From Balanoglossus misakiensis (lineage: Eukaryota > Animalia > Hemichordata), in assembly GCA_040954595.2 (NCBI GenBank), contig JBECUI020000048.1, positions 4,658-68,657 of the forward strand: a DNA stretch of 64,000 bases. The letters are read 5' to 3'. This document shows positions 21,391 through 49,600 of this stretch, piece after piece. Under the pieces are notes generated by a model. The model made no database searches. It was not told the origin of the DNA and saw only the letters and a program-made list of their open reading frames with translations. Within the stretch, counting starts at the first letter, position 1; every line of letters starts with the position of its first letter. The position numbers and the translations under genes are program-made.

Positions 21391-24300
21391 GTGAGGACGG
21401 ATTTTGCTTAATATTTGTAGGGACGCTTTTCTTCTGTTCTACTTTATGCAAAAGATAGTGTAGAGCCACTTGCGCAGAGCTTGATTTAGACCGGTTATAG
21501 GCAAGGTCTTGTCAGCGGATTTTATGGACAATTTCACTTCAGTAAAACGTGTCTCTGTTCCATCGGCGCAGTCGAGAGCGTCGACGGATTAACGTCGTAT
21601 AAAACAGATTAACTATCGCGGAGCCTTGTCTGAGACGGCAGCGCCCATGGATATTGAGTCCACAAAAATCATATAATCAGCGATTGAAGAGTCTCTGTTA
21701 CCGTTGAATGCAGGGGAATTCTCGATTGTGGATTTGGTCGATTGGCTACTGCAAAGTATGCGTGTCGTGTGTCGCTTCATGTCGTTTGAGTGGCGGACAG
21801 CTTCAGGCAAGGCGGCCACGCAGACCAGTGTGACCAGACCTACCCAGGTCCGCCACATCACCGCCCCACTCTCACCCCACCCCTACCCACCCCTGATTTT
21901 GGTCACCGATCTAACGACCTGGCGTTACGGTAGATCATTTACATAGAGACCATGTCCACTCCACCCTACCGAAAGTTTAGACCATTGTATAGATGTACAA
22001 CATTGGACCCCTATGCTGTGAAAAGTACCGTTCCCTTTCAAAAATAAGTACCCGGTGAAGTTTAAATATGTTGTTAACGCGACCCCAGACATATTGAAAT
22101 TTATTCCCGCCGAGTACATATGGATGTTGACATTGAGGAGAATCTCACGCCGCGAAGACAAAAAATGTGTCCCACCGGGAGATCAATTTGAAGTTGACGA
22201 ATATATGCGCCACTGGGATATCAGTTTTAGATCAACATCATAAGTGTCCGATGCGCTTCATGAGAATGCTATCAGTGCAGCCCGACCCACTTATTTTGAA
22301 GACCTCAATGTATGTGTCACCGTTATAAACACAATACGGTTGAAATATCGATCGGGATGGTACAGATAGCTGGGGTTATGTGGTTAAAGGGCATTTCAAA
22401 ATCAAATGACAATTTCAGGGAATGTCGTACTAGATGTTATACGCATGTATCTTATATGTATCGCAGGAAAATCAAAGAAAATGGACGTTTATTGAAATTT
22501 TCAGTCCAGATTTTTCACCGGACACACCCGAATTTGTCACGATCGGTGCCGAACAATCCATGCGGACTATAGTGTATACATGTGCCGGCAAAAAGTGTAT
22601 TGGAGACGGCAAAGTAGAAGCAATGAAAGTCAACAGTGTTTATAAATCAACGCTGTACGCGAGAAAAAAATTCCCGCCCCCACAGATGGCCGACACTTTC
22701 GAAAAAAATGTCCTTCGGCGACCAGTTGCGGTTATGAAGGGGCAAAATGTCGCCTGTCGGTCACCATGATTAATGTCAGGTGGGGGATATATAATTTAGT
22801 AGGCGATTTAAGAACAAACAAACACAAAGTAAATAAAATGGATCATAATCGTAAAGCACTAAAAACACATTTTTATTGGCGACGAGTAACGGTCGCGTCA
22901 GCGCGAGGAATTCTCGGGTCAAGTACGAGACTCGCGGCGATCACGTAATTTGGTTTTATTGCTGATAACTGACACCTCGTGCGATAGTGTCCTTAAGCGA
23001 CCTTTTGAAGGACCCATAGTCTAGTTAGGGACCGGCTTTTATCAATGTGAAACTGTCTCTTGAGTTTATGAGCCTATGGAATTTCCGACATAACCAAACG
23101 CGTAACCAGAAGAAATTGGCCAAAAATTTTGAGACCACGGCACCGACCAAAGAAAAATTTCAACTGCGCTAGTTAATGTCACATGCCTTCAAGTGGATAT
23201 TTCAGTGGTCAACCCATAACGGATTCCTTGATCTTTGTTGGTGATTATCACCCTTAATTATGTTTGGAATGAATAATCTAATAACTTCCTCGAAAGAACG
23301 GTGACGGAATGCAATGAAATGAAATGAAACACTTCTAATTTCGCGAGCGAATGCACCGGATTGGCCGGCCATTGGTGTGATCAAATTCTAAGGCAGACCA
23401 ACTCGACTGTTTAAATAGAGTTTCCGATTAGGTAATTCGTCCCAAATGAATGTAAACAGTGGCAGACGTAGGCGATCATTATTAGCTATATCTCTCTTTG
23501 ATAAGTCTGTTTTTTTGCATCTATGAATGTCTAAGTCCTCACTCCTCAATATGCGTGTGGTCGTTTCAGTGGCGAAACATAGAGGGCGCTGTATAGCACT
23601 GCTTGGTACAGGTGTGTGCACATGCGCACCTACAGATACTTGGTACGCCGTTTCGGTATTTGACAGACTTTTCTTCAGCTAATGATGCATATAAGACCAC
23701 ATTTCATTCTAGCTGATAGACATCAAGCCGGGTGTTCATTGTTGTTTCAAGGCGAAGGTTCAAGGTGGCTATATCGCCAGGGTTCCTAGACGGGGAAGTC
23801 CAAATATAGTTAACGAACGCGCAAATTAATCTTCGCCGTTCTCAAGGCGCCCACATGTGTGTCTTTGAGCACGTAAGTCCAATTAGACGCGGGTGAACTC
23901 CATGCAACAAGTGAATTCCAGAAGTTGTGCCGTATTTGTTTGTTTAATTATGCCAAAAGTGTCTGCAGCCAGGGAAGTCTTGCTCCTCGCATTGTTATGA
24001 AAATAAATTTGAGCAGCCGAGCTGTCACGGGTGACGTGGATGTCTTACAGGGTGTGGGGTTTGACGCGGTGCACATGTCGCCTCATCCTCGGTGGGTTCA
24101 ACCGCGAAGACCCGATTGTGTGCAGACGAACACGTAAAGCTGGCAAGGGTTTGAATGCGTGGGAAAGATGTGTAGAAAGAGACGAGTTTGGTTCACCAAT
24201 TATGATGATGGTTTGGGTGGCCGATTGGATGGGTGGTAAGTGGTGTCATGAATGCTTATCGATGCTGTTACGTAATACATGTATAACGTGACCAGGTGTC

Positions 24301-24397
24301 ACTACCAACGGGGCTAAGAATAAAGCGTGTATGGTTGTTCAACGTGTCCGTCCAGTCTGAGAGTCGATCATGGGACATGTACCTGTATCCGGTGCAT

Positions 24398-24490
24398 GTA
24401 TGCGTGCGTGTGTGCGCGCGTGTAGGTGTGTGTATGTATGTATGTATGTGCGTACGTATGTACATGTATATACATAATTATGTATGTGAA
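24398..24490. repeat. (GT)n/(ATGT)n simple repeat
   Basis: Seen directly. Confidence 0.8.
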
Positions 24491-26496
24491 TTTTTGTCTG
24501 TTTTAGTCTTGGTTTTGTCAATACATCTACCATAATATTTTTGCATTTCTTTTGTTTTTACTTGTTACCCAGGCTGATGCCTTGTGGTGATAATTGAAAT
24601 GACTCAGGTTTTTTCTTTTTTGTCCTATTGACCTGGCACGTCGCGCATTGGGTCTAATTTTACAATTGTGAAATCGATTATTACATCGCCCCTGAGCAGT
24701 GACGCAAATTATTAATATTTTAAATTTTTACGCGAGCAAAAATAAACCACGTGGAATGCGTGGACAGAGCTCTTTAGTGATTTGCCGTTGCGTCAGTATG
24801 GAACTCATTAATTAAGACGAAATATCTCAGTCTAACAACGGTCTCTCCCTGGCCTAGCATATTTTAAACAAAAATGTTTGTTATCCAAATTATGAAAGAT
24901 GTTATGTTTATTACGTGCTATTATCTAAACATTTCGTTCTGATGACCGTGTATCAACGCACGTAGAAAACTCGAGCAAGTTACTTCACCGTCGCCTTCCA
25001 ACTGTCGGCAATATATGGTGATATGTTTTTTGTCAGTCAACCGAACCTGATCTCCCTTTTAACTGAAAATCTGAAATGTTCCGACGCGCCAGATTTTCTT
25101 ACTGTCCCTCAGGTAGACTTGGTTTCTTCAAATACTTTAAGTTAGAAACTTGAGTTGTTTTGATGTGTAGATAACGTAAGAACCTCGATTTTTGGTAGAC
25201 CTCAGCCTGGTGTGGAAATGGCTATTTAAGAACCTTGATGATATCGGAGAGATAAATTACGTGTATTGAGTGACTTAAAACGGTACATTCCTTGTCTGAA
25301 AGTCCTCCAATCAATTCTTGTGGTCGACGTACGCATGTTTCTCAAAAGACATTCAAACCGACGGCAGTAGTCCCGGCAATACGCTTAGTGGACAAGGAAA
25401 GAATGATTCGCCATACCACCCAGAATTATGTCTTGAGAGAAAATTATTGCTTCTCTAATTCCTCGTAATTCGACCTTTCCCATCGGGGGTCAACTGGTCT
25501 CTTTTTCATTTGAAACGAGGAATGGAAATAGTTTCGTCAGCCGCGCATCCGGGAATCTTGACCCGGCCCTCGTCACAGGTCGGGTATGTTCGGTAATATT
25601 GCAAGCAGAACGTGTCGGATCGTCTTTCAATTTGTCACAGCGATATTTAGCATTAACCTCGACATCGTTACTTGAGATGCAAAAAATCTCGAAGGCGTAG
25701 TTGTACGATATTATGCTTGTTACTGTGACACACGCATAGCATCATGCCTGTCTGATAAATCTTGCAACCGCAAGAAATATTCTCTTGTGTCGGAGAGGTT
25801 TCATAAATCTCGCCCGGCTCCCGAAAAGACGTCTTCGTTCCTCGCGAACACGTGGTCTGGCGCGGGAAAAGTATTGCGTGATTTGAACAATCTCGGGTTG
25901 CGCGTTGGTATGTTATGTCGCGGCAAGGTTAAGTGAGGCGACCGTGTTGAGAAAGTTAATTGCCAAAGTGACATATCTGATCTTCCAGTAGAACCGTAGG
26001 GCCTATCACAAAGTGCTACTTGGCTTGCGCTAGCGCTACTAGAAGCAACGCTCTGTCTGTTCTGTGAGCCCAGCCATGCCTGTAGTCCACACAGCGTCCA
26101 ACTTTGCTCCAGTTGTCGCCAACGTGCGCTCCGTATCAACGAGGCATCGGTAAGATGAGTGACGGCGGCTAAAACGAATTCGACGTCGACACTCGTGTTT
26201 ATTTGCGCTGCGTCGTTATGGTTCAATAAGTCTGTTTATCACACTTTTGTCGTTCGTCGAGTATCATCAATTTCTGTCATTGGACCTTCTACTAGGCAAT
26301 GTCAAGTTCACGTGGAGATGTGACATTTATGAGACCCTGGAATTTGTGTATATCGATAAACATACACATCCCTCTATGATACACACATATGATACACACA
26401 TGCATGCATACATTGTAAGTAATGTTTCTTACGCTTGTAGCAAAATTAATGTGCGTGCATTTTTTTGTTATTTTTTGCAGCTTATCTTTTACAATA

Positions 26497-41567
<15,071 letters not shown>

Positions 41568-43389
41568 AGCTCTCATGAAAGGTGTGTTGGTGTAGTTACA
41601 TTTTCTAAAAAAAGTAACATTTTGTCTGCAGACGACAATGGAGTACGCATTTGCACACGGCACAATTCTTTAGGTTAGACACTTCCTGTCGGAAAACGTT
41701 TTGCAATTTTATAGATGTGGTTCGACCACTTTTGTGAATCATCAGACATGAATTCTGTTGACTAAAATGTATTTGAATCATACAAAAACAAAGTCGAATT
41801 TTATGGGACAAGTGGATGATTATAGTCTAGCATTGCAACTTCCTGTACAGATTTCGACCACACATGACGTGACTGATAAACAAGGTCTTGAAGAGAATAT
41901 GATTAGTTTTAGTATGACCTGTCATCGTTTCGTTACTGTTTCTCTTCAAACACACATATATACCCGTAAGCAAAAGTACATCTCACAGATGTGTCTTTAC
42001 AGACTGTAGTACCGAGACTAGATTTCGCCCCAGAAGGCGTAAATTAACGTAAATCTCTCGATGGTAGACGCCGCTTCTGGTTTAAAATGGCGGACTGATA
42101 TGAAATAACGGCGACTGTCCTGTTTCCCCACGCAGGCGCTGATACGCCCGCTCGGTATCACAAAGAAGCCGACCAAACATCCAACTTGTTGCCGCCACAG
42201 AAGGCAAGATCGCCAGACCCAACCCTGATATGTACTCAGCCCCGAAACAGGAGACACTTTCCGGACGTACTTGTGGGGTTTAACTAGCCACCACATCCTT
42301 TCAAAACATGGCCGTTTTCGTACGTGCGAAATGTAGCGTCGTTGCTACTCTTTCACTCTTTCAGATGAAATGAAGTCTTGTTTTGATCTGACGATATTTA
42401 TCACCACTAGCGGGCGCAGTAGCTGTATCCGAAAAAAATGCTTGAAACCTCGACTGATTTGACAGATTATGTACCTAAATTCTGAAATATAGGACTTAAC
42501 CGTTAGACTATTCATTGATTCTTAAAAGGAATATATTATTTTCATACCAAAATAGTTTTTATTTAAATTTCCTCAAACTAAAGCTAAGCAATTATGTAAG
42601 CAATTTGTTGAAATTTTATTCCATTATTTTCTTTAAAATTTATATAAAAATAAATAATGGCACATCAGCATATGTTAAGGCTTTCTCTGCACACAGGGGA
42701 AGGGACTATATTTTATATGGAGTGATAAAACTCGATGTTTTGTATGAAACTTATTTTATTTTAAATTAGTTTATCGCCCATTATTTTACCTATACATGTA
42801 CATGTATAACAGTGTTATATTGAGTTTCTTTAAACATTTTTACTTTTAAAATTTATATGGCCAATCTCAAAATACCTCGTGAATATTAGAAATGAGAAAT
42901 GAATCTACTGTTATACCGTTTTTTTCTTCATAATTTTCCATATGCATAGGCCTACTCACTTGTTTGTATGTGAGAGTGTGCTCGTACTGTGTCCCAAGTC
43001 TACGTCATTCTGCGTTTACTCCACGGATAGATAAGCGAAATCCTCGAAATATGGGCTACTTAGATAAGTGAAAATATGCCATGTAAATTTCACAACGTAG
43101 GGTCAGTTTCAGTTGTTAGTTACATAGAAAAGTGAAAAGTTTTCCTTCATTCTTTCAGCTTGGTGTTGTAATTTTTCTGTTTTCTTGAAAATGAACCACT
43201 CTTTCAAATTCCAAAGCATTTGTTCTTGTAACTAAAAGATGAATAAAAATAGTTTAGATACTTTAAATGGGAGTTATTATAAAGTTTAATGTAATTTTAA
43301 TTTTCAATTGTATCTTTAACGAGGAGTAATATTCTGTATGTCATAATGAGAGGACCTACAATTGTCACGCGTTTGAGAAATTATCTTTG

Positions 43390-43432
43390 AATAAATAAAG
43401 TATGAATGACAACTGTCTGTGTATCAGTGTCG
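43390..43432 (+). terminator. Candidate polyadenylation signal of the SRCR gene
   Basis: AATAAATAAA followed by a GT-rich element (CTGTCTGTGTATCAGTGTC) at the end of an AT-rich 3'UTR-like stretch; alternative AATAAA near 42650 and 43242. Confidence 0.4.
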
Positions 43433-43465
43433 ATTCGTGCTGTCACAATGTAGAGGGTTATACAA

Positions 43466-43654
43466 CATGATTTTTTTTTCAAAAAATGACGAATTCTCGA
43501 CTCTCCGAATTTCGAGATTTTCGGCCTTTTTGAACATTTTTCATGGGTTAACCATCATGATTTTTTTCAAAAAATGACAAATTTTCGACTTGCCAAATTT
43601 TCATATTTTGGGCATTTTTGAACATTTTTCATGGGTTAACCATCATGATTTTTG
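43466..43654 (-). repeat. About two diverged satellite monomers in inverted orientation
   Basis: Reverse-complement match to the 88-bp monomer, with loss of several CpGs. Confidence 0.9.
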
Positions 43655-43655
43655 G

Positions 43656-46600
43656 CAAAAATCATGATGGTTAACCCATGAAAAATGTTCAAAAAGGCCG
43701 AAAATCTCGAAATCCGGCAAGTCGAAAATTCGTGGTTTTTCGACAAAAACCATGATGGTTAACCCATGAAAAATGTTGAAAAAGGCCGAAAATCTCGAAA
43801 TCCGGCAACTCGAAAATTCGTGGTTTTTCGACAAAAACCATGATGGTTAACCCATGAAAAATGTTGAAAAAGGCCGAAAATCTCGAAATCCGGCAACTCG
43901 AAAATTCGTGGTTTTTCGACAAAAACCATGATGGTTAACCCATGAAAATGTTGAAAAAGGCCGAAAATCTCGAAATCCGGCAACTCGAAAATTCGTGGTT
44001 TTTCGACAAAAACCATGATGGTTAACCCATGGAAAATGTTGAAAAAGGCCGAAAATCTCGAAATCCGGCAACTCGAAAATTCGTGGTTTTTCGACAAAAA
44101 CCATGATGGTTAACCCATGAAAAATGTTGAAAAAGGCCGAAAATCTCGAAATCCGGCAACTCGAAAATTCGTGGTTTTTCGACAAAAACCATGATGGTTA
44201 ACCCATGAAAAATGTTGAAAAAGGCCGAAAATCTCGAAATCCGGCAACTCGAAAATTCGTGGTTTTTCGACAAAAACCATGATGGTTAACCCATGAAAAA
44301 TGTTGGAAAAGGCCGAAAATCTCGAAATCCGGCAACTCGAAAATTCGTGGTTTTTCGACAAAAACCATGATGGTTAACCCATGAAAAATGTCGAAAAAGG
44401 CCGAAAATCTCGAAATCCGGCAACTCGAAAATTCGTGGTTTTTCGACAAAAACCATGATGGTTAACCCATGAAAAATGTCGAAAAAGGCCGAAAATCTCG
44501 AAATCCGGCAACTCGAAAATTCGTGGTTTTTCGACAAAAACCATGATGGTTAACCCATGAAAAATGTTGAAAAAGGCCGAAAATCTCGAAATCCGGCAAC
44601 TCGAAAATTCGTGGTTTTTCGACAAAAACCATAATGGTTAACCCATGAAAAATGTTGAAAAAGGCCGAAAATCTCGAAATCCGGCAACTCGAAAATTCGT
44701 GGTTTTTCGACAAAAACCATGATGGTTAACCCATGAAAAATGTTGAAAAAGGCCGAAAATCTCGAAATCCGGCAACTCGAAAATTCGTGGTTTTTCGACA
44801 AAAACCATGATGGTTAACCCATGAAAAATGTTGAAAAAGGCCGAAAATCTCGAAATCCGGCAACTCGAAAATTCGTGGTTTTTCGACAAAAACCATGATG
44901 GTTAACCCATGAAAAATGTTGAAAAAGGCCGAAAATCACGAAATCCGGCAACTCGAAAATTCGTGGTTTTTCGACTAAAACCATGATGGTTAACCCATGA
45001 AAAATGTTGAAAAAGGCCGAAAATCTTGAAATCCGGCAACTCGAAAATTCGCGGTTTTTCGACAAAAACCATGATGGTTAACTCATGAAAAATGTTGAAA
45101 AAGGCCGAAAATCTCGAAATCCGGCAACTCGAAAATTCGCGGTTTTTCGACAAAAACCATGATGGTTAACCCATGAAAAATGTTGAAAAAGGCCGAAAAT
45201 CTCGAAATTCGGCAACTCGAAAATTCGCGGTTTTTCGACAAAAACCATGATGGTTAACCCATGAAAAATGTTGAAAAAGGCCGAAAATCTCGAAATTCGG
45301 CAACTCGAAAATTCGCGGTTTTTCGACAAAAACCATGATGGTTAACCCATGAAAAATGTTCAAATCGGCCAAAAATCTCGAAATTCGGCAACTCGAAAAT
45401 TCGCGGTTTTTCGACAAAAACCATGATGGTTAACCCATGAAAAATGTTGAAAAAGGCCGAAAATCTCGAAATCCGGCAACTCGAAAATTCGCGGTTTTTC
45501 GACAAAAACCATGATGGTTAACCCATGAAAAATGTTCAAATCGGCCGAAAATCTCGAAATTCGGCAACTCGAAAATTCGCGGTTTTTCGACAAAAACCAT
45601 GATGGTTAACCCATGAAAAATGTTCAAATCGGCCGAAAATCTCGAAATTCGGCAACTCGAAAATTCGCGGTTTTTCGACAAAAACCATGATGGTTAACCC
45701 ATGAAAAATGTTCAAATCGGCCGAAAATCTCGGAATTCGGCAACTCGAAAATTCGCGGTTTTTCGACAAAAACCATGATGGTTAACCCATGAAAAATGTT
45801 CAAATCGGCCGAAAATCTCGGAATTCGGCAACTCGAAAATTCGCGGTTTTTCGACAAAAACCATGATGGTTAACCCATGAAAAATGTTCAAATCGGCCGA
45901 AAATCTCGAAATTCGGCAACTCGAAAATTCGCGGTTTTTCGACAAAAACCATGATGGTTAACCCATGAAAAATGTTCAAATCGGCCGAAAATCTCGAAAT
46001 TCGGCAACTCGAAAATTCGCGGTTTTTCGACAAAAACCATGATGGTTAACCCATGAAAAATGTTCAAATCGGCCGAAAATCTCGAAATTCGGCAACTCGA
46101 AAATTCGCGGTTTTTCGACAAAAACCATGATGGTTAACCCATGAAAAATGTTCAAATCGGCCGAAAATCTCGAAATTCGGCAACTCGAAAATTCGCGGTT
46201 TTTCGACAAAAACCATGATGGTTAACCCATGAAAAATGTTCAAATCGGCCGAAAATCTCGAAATTCGGCAACTCGAAAATTCGCGGTTTTTCGACAAAAA
46301 CCATGATGGTTAACCCATGAAAAATGTTCAAATCGGCCGAAAATCTCGAAATTCGGCAACTCGAAAATTCGCGGTTTTTCGACAAAAACCATGATGGTTA
46401 ACCCATGAAAAATGTTCAAATCGGCCGAAAATCTCGGAATTCGGCAACTCGAAAATTCGCGGTTTTTCGACAAAAACCATGATGGTTAACCCATGAAAAA
46501 TGTTCAAATCGGCCGAAAATCTCGGAATTCGGCAACTCGAAAATTCGCGGTTTTTCGACAAAAACCATGATGGTTAACCCATGAAAAATGTTCAAATCGG

Positions 46601-49600
46601 CCGAAAATCTCGAAATTCGGCTACTCGAAAATTCGCGGTTTTTCGACAAAAACCATGATGGTTAACCCATGAAAAATGTTCAAATCGGCCGAAAATCTCG
46701 AAATTCGGCAACTCGAAAATTCGCGGTTTTTCGACAAAAACCATGATGGTTAACCCATGAAAAATGTTCAAATCGGCCGAAAATCTCAAAATTCGGCAAC
46801 TCGAAAATTCGCGGTTTTTCGACAAAAACCATGATGGTTAACCCATGAAAAATGTTCAAATCGGCCGAAAATCTCGAATTTCGGCAACTCGAAAATTCGG
46901 GGTTTTTCGACAAAAACCATGATGGTTAACCCATGAAAAATGTTCAAATCGGCCGAAAATCTCGAAATTCGGCAACTCAAAAATTCGCGGTTTTTCGACA
47001 AAAACCATGATGGTTAACCCATGAAAAATGTTCAAATCGGCCGAAAATCTCGAAATTCGGCAACTCGAAAATTCGCGGTTTTTCGACAAAAACCATGATG
47101 GTTAACCCATGAAAAATGTTCAAATCGGCCGAAAATCTCGAAATTCGGCAACTCGAAAATTCGCGGTTTTTCGACAAAAACCATGATGGTTAACCCATGA
47201 AAAATGTTCAAATCGGCCGAAAATCTCGAAATTCGGCAACTCGAAAATTCGCGGTTTTTCGACAAAAACCATGATGGTTAACCCATGAAAAATGTTCAAA
47301 TCGGCCGAAAATCTCGAAATTCGGCAACTCGAAAATTCGCGGTTTTTCGACAAAAACCATGATGGTTAACCCATGAAAAATGTTCAAATCGGCCGAAAAT
47401 CTCGAAATTCGGCAACTCGAAAATTCGCGGTTTTTCGACAAAAACCATGATGGTTAACCCATGAAAAATGTTCAAATCGGCCGAAAATCTCGGAATTCGG
47501 CAACTCGAAAATTCGCGGTTTTTCGACAAAAACCATGATGGTTAACCCATGAAAAATGTTCAAATCGGCCGAAAATCTCGGAATTCGGCAACTCGAAAAT
47601 TCGCGGTTTTTCGACAAAAACCATGATGGTTAACCCATGAAAAATGTTCAAATCGGCCGAAAATCTCGAAATTCGGCAACTCGAAAATTCGCGGTTTTTC
47701 GACAAAAACCATGATGGTTAACCCATGAAAAATGTTCAAATCGGCCGAAAATCTCGAAATTCGGCAACTCGAAAATTCGCGGTTTTTCGACAAAAACCAT
47801 GATGGTTAACCCATGAAAAATGTTCAAATCGGCCGAAAATCTCGAAATTCGGCAACTCGAAAATTCGCGGTTTTTCGACAAAAACCATGATGGTTAACCC
47901 ATGAAAAATGTTCAAATCGGCCGAAAATCTCGAAATTCGGCAACTCGAAAATTCGCGGTTTTTCGACAAAAACCATGATGGTTAACCCATGAAAAATGTT
48001 CAAATCGGCCGAAAATCTCGAAATTCGGCAACTCGAAAATTCGCGGTTTTTCGACAAAAACCATGATGGTTAACCCATGAAAAATGTTCAAATCGGCCGA
48101 AAATCTCGAAATTCGGCAACTCGAAAATTCGCGGTTTTTCGACAAAAACCATGATGGTTAACCCATGAAAAATGTTCAAATCGGCCGAAAATCTCGGAAT
48201 TCGGCAACTCGAAAATTCGCGGTTTTTCGACAAAAACCATGATGGTTAACCCATGAAAAATGTTCAAATCGGCCGAAAATCTCGGAATTCGGCAACTCGA
48301 AAATTCGCGGTTTTTCGACAAAAACCATGATGGTTAACCCATGAAAAATGTTCAAATCGGCCGAAAATCTCGAAATTCGGCTACTCGAAAATTCGCGGTT
48401 TTTCGACAAAAACCATGATGGTTAACCCATGAAAAATGTTCAAATCGGCCGAAAATCTCGAAATTCGGCAACTCGAAAATTCGCGGTTTTTCGACAAAAA
48501 CCATGATGGTTAACCCATGAAAAATGTTCAAATCGGCCGAAAATCTCAAAATTCGGCAACTCGAAAATTCGCGGTTTTTCGACAAAAACCATGATGGTTA
48601 ACCCATGAAAAATGTTCAAATCGGCCGAAAATCTCGAATTTCGGCAACTCGAAAATTCGGGGTTTTTCGACAAAAACCATGATGGTTAACCCATGAAAAA
48701 TGTTCAAATCGGCCGAAAATCTCGAAATTCGGCAACTCAAAAATTCGCGGTTTTTCGACAAAAACCATGATGGTTAACCCATGAAAAATGTTCAAATCGG
48801 CCGAAAATCTCGAAATTCGGCAACTCGAAAATTCGCGGTTTTTCGACAAAAACCATGATGGTTAACCCATGAAAAATGTTCAAATCGGCCGAAAATCTCG
48901 AAATTCGGCAACTCGAAAATTCGCGGTTTTTCGACAAAAACCATGATGGTTAACCCATGAAAAATGTTCAAATCGGCCGAAAATCTCGAAATTCGGCAAC
49001 TCGAAAATTCGCGGTTTTTCGACAAAAACCATGATGGTTAACCCATGAAAAATGTTCAAATCGGCCGAAAATCTCGAAATTCGGCAACTCGAAAATTCGC
49101 GGTTTTTCGACAAAAACCATGATGGTTAACCCATGAAAAATGTTCAAATCGGCCGAAAATCTCGAAATTCGGCAACTCGAAAATTCGCGGTTTTTCGACA
49201 AAAACCATGATGGTTAACCCATGAAAAATGTTCAAATCGGCCGAAAATCTCGGAATTCGGCAACTCGAAAATTCGCGGTTTTTCGACAAAAACCATGATG
49301 GTTAACCCATGAAAAATGTTCAAATCGGCCGAAAATCTCGGAATTCGGCAACTCGAAAATTCGCGGTTTTTCGACAAAAACCATGATGGTTAACCCATGA
49401 AAAATGTTCAAATCGGCCGAAAATCTCGAAATTCGGCAACTCGAAAATTCGCGGTTTTTCGACAAAAACCATGATGGTTAACCCATGAAAAATGTTCAAA
49501 TCGGCCGAAAATCTCGAAATTCGGCAACTCGAAAATTCGCGGTTTTTCGACAAAAACCATGATGGTTAACCCATGAAAAATGTTCAAATCGGCCGAAAAT

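Noticed and set aside
43670-43680. Telomere-like TAACCC in each monomer
   Set aside because: A single hexamer per 88 bp with no tandem telomeric tract is insufficient to call the array subtelomeric
45715-45740. CENP-B-box-like motif on the minus strand (TTCGAGATTTTCGGC in consensus monomers)
   Set aside because: Only 7 of 9 essential positions match, which is expected in a TTCG-rich repeat, and CENP-B box function is established only in mammals
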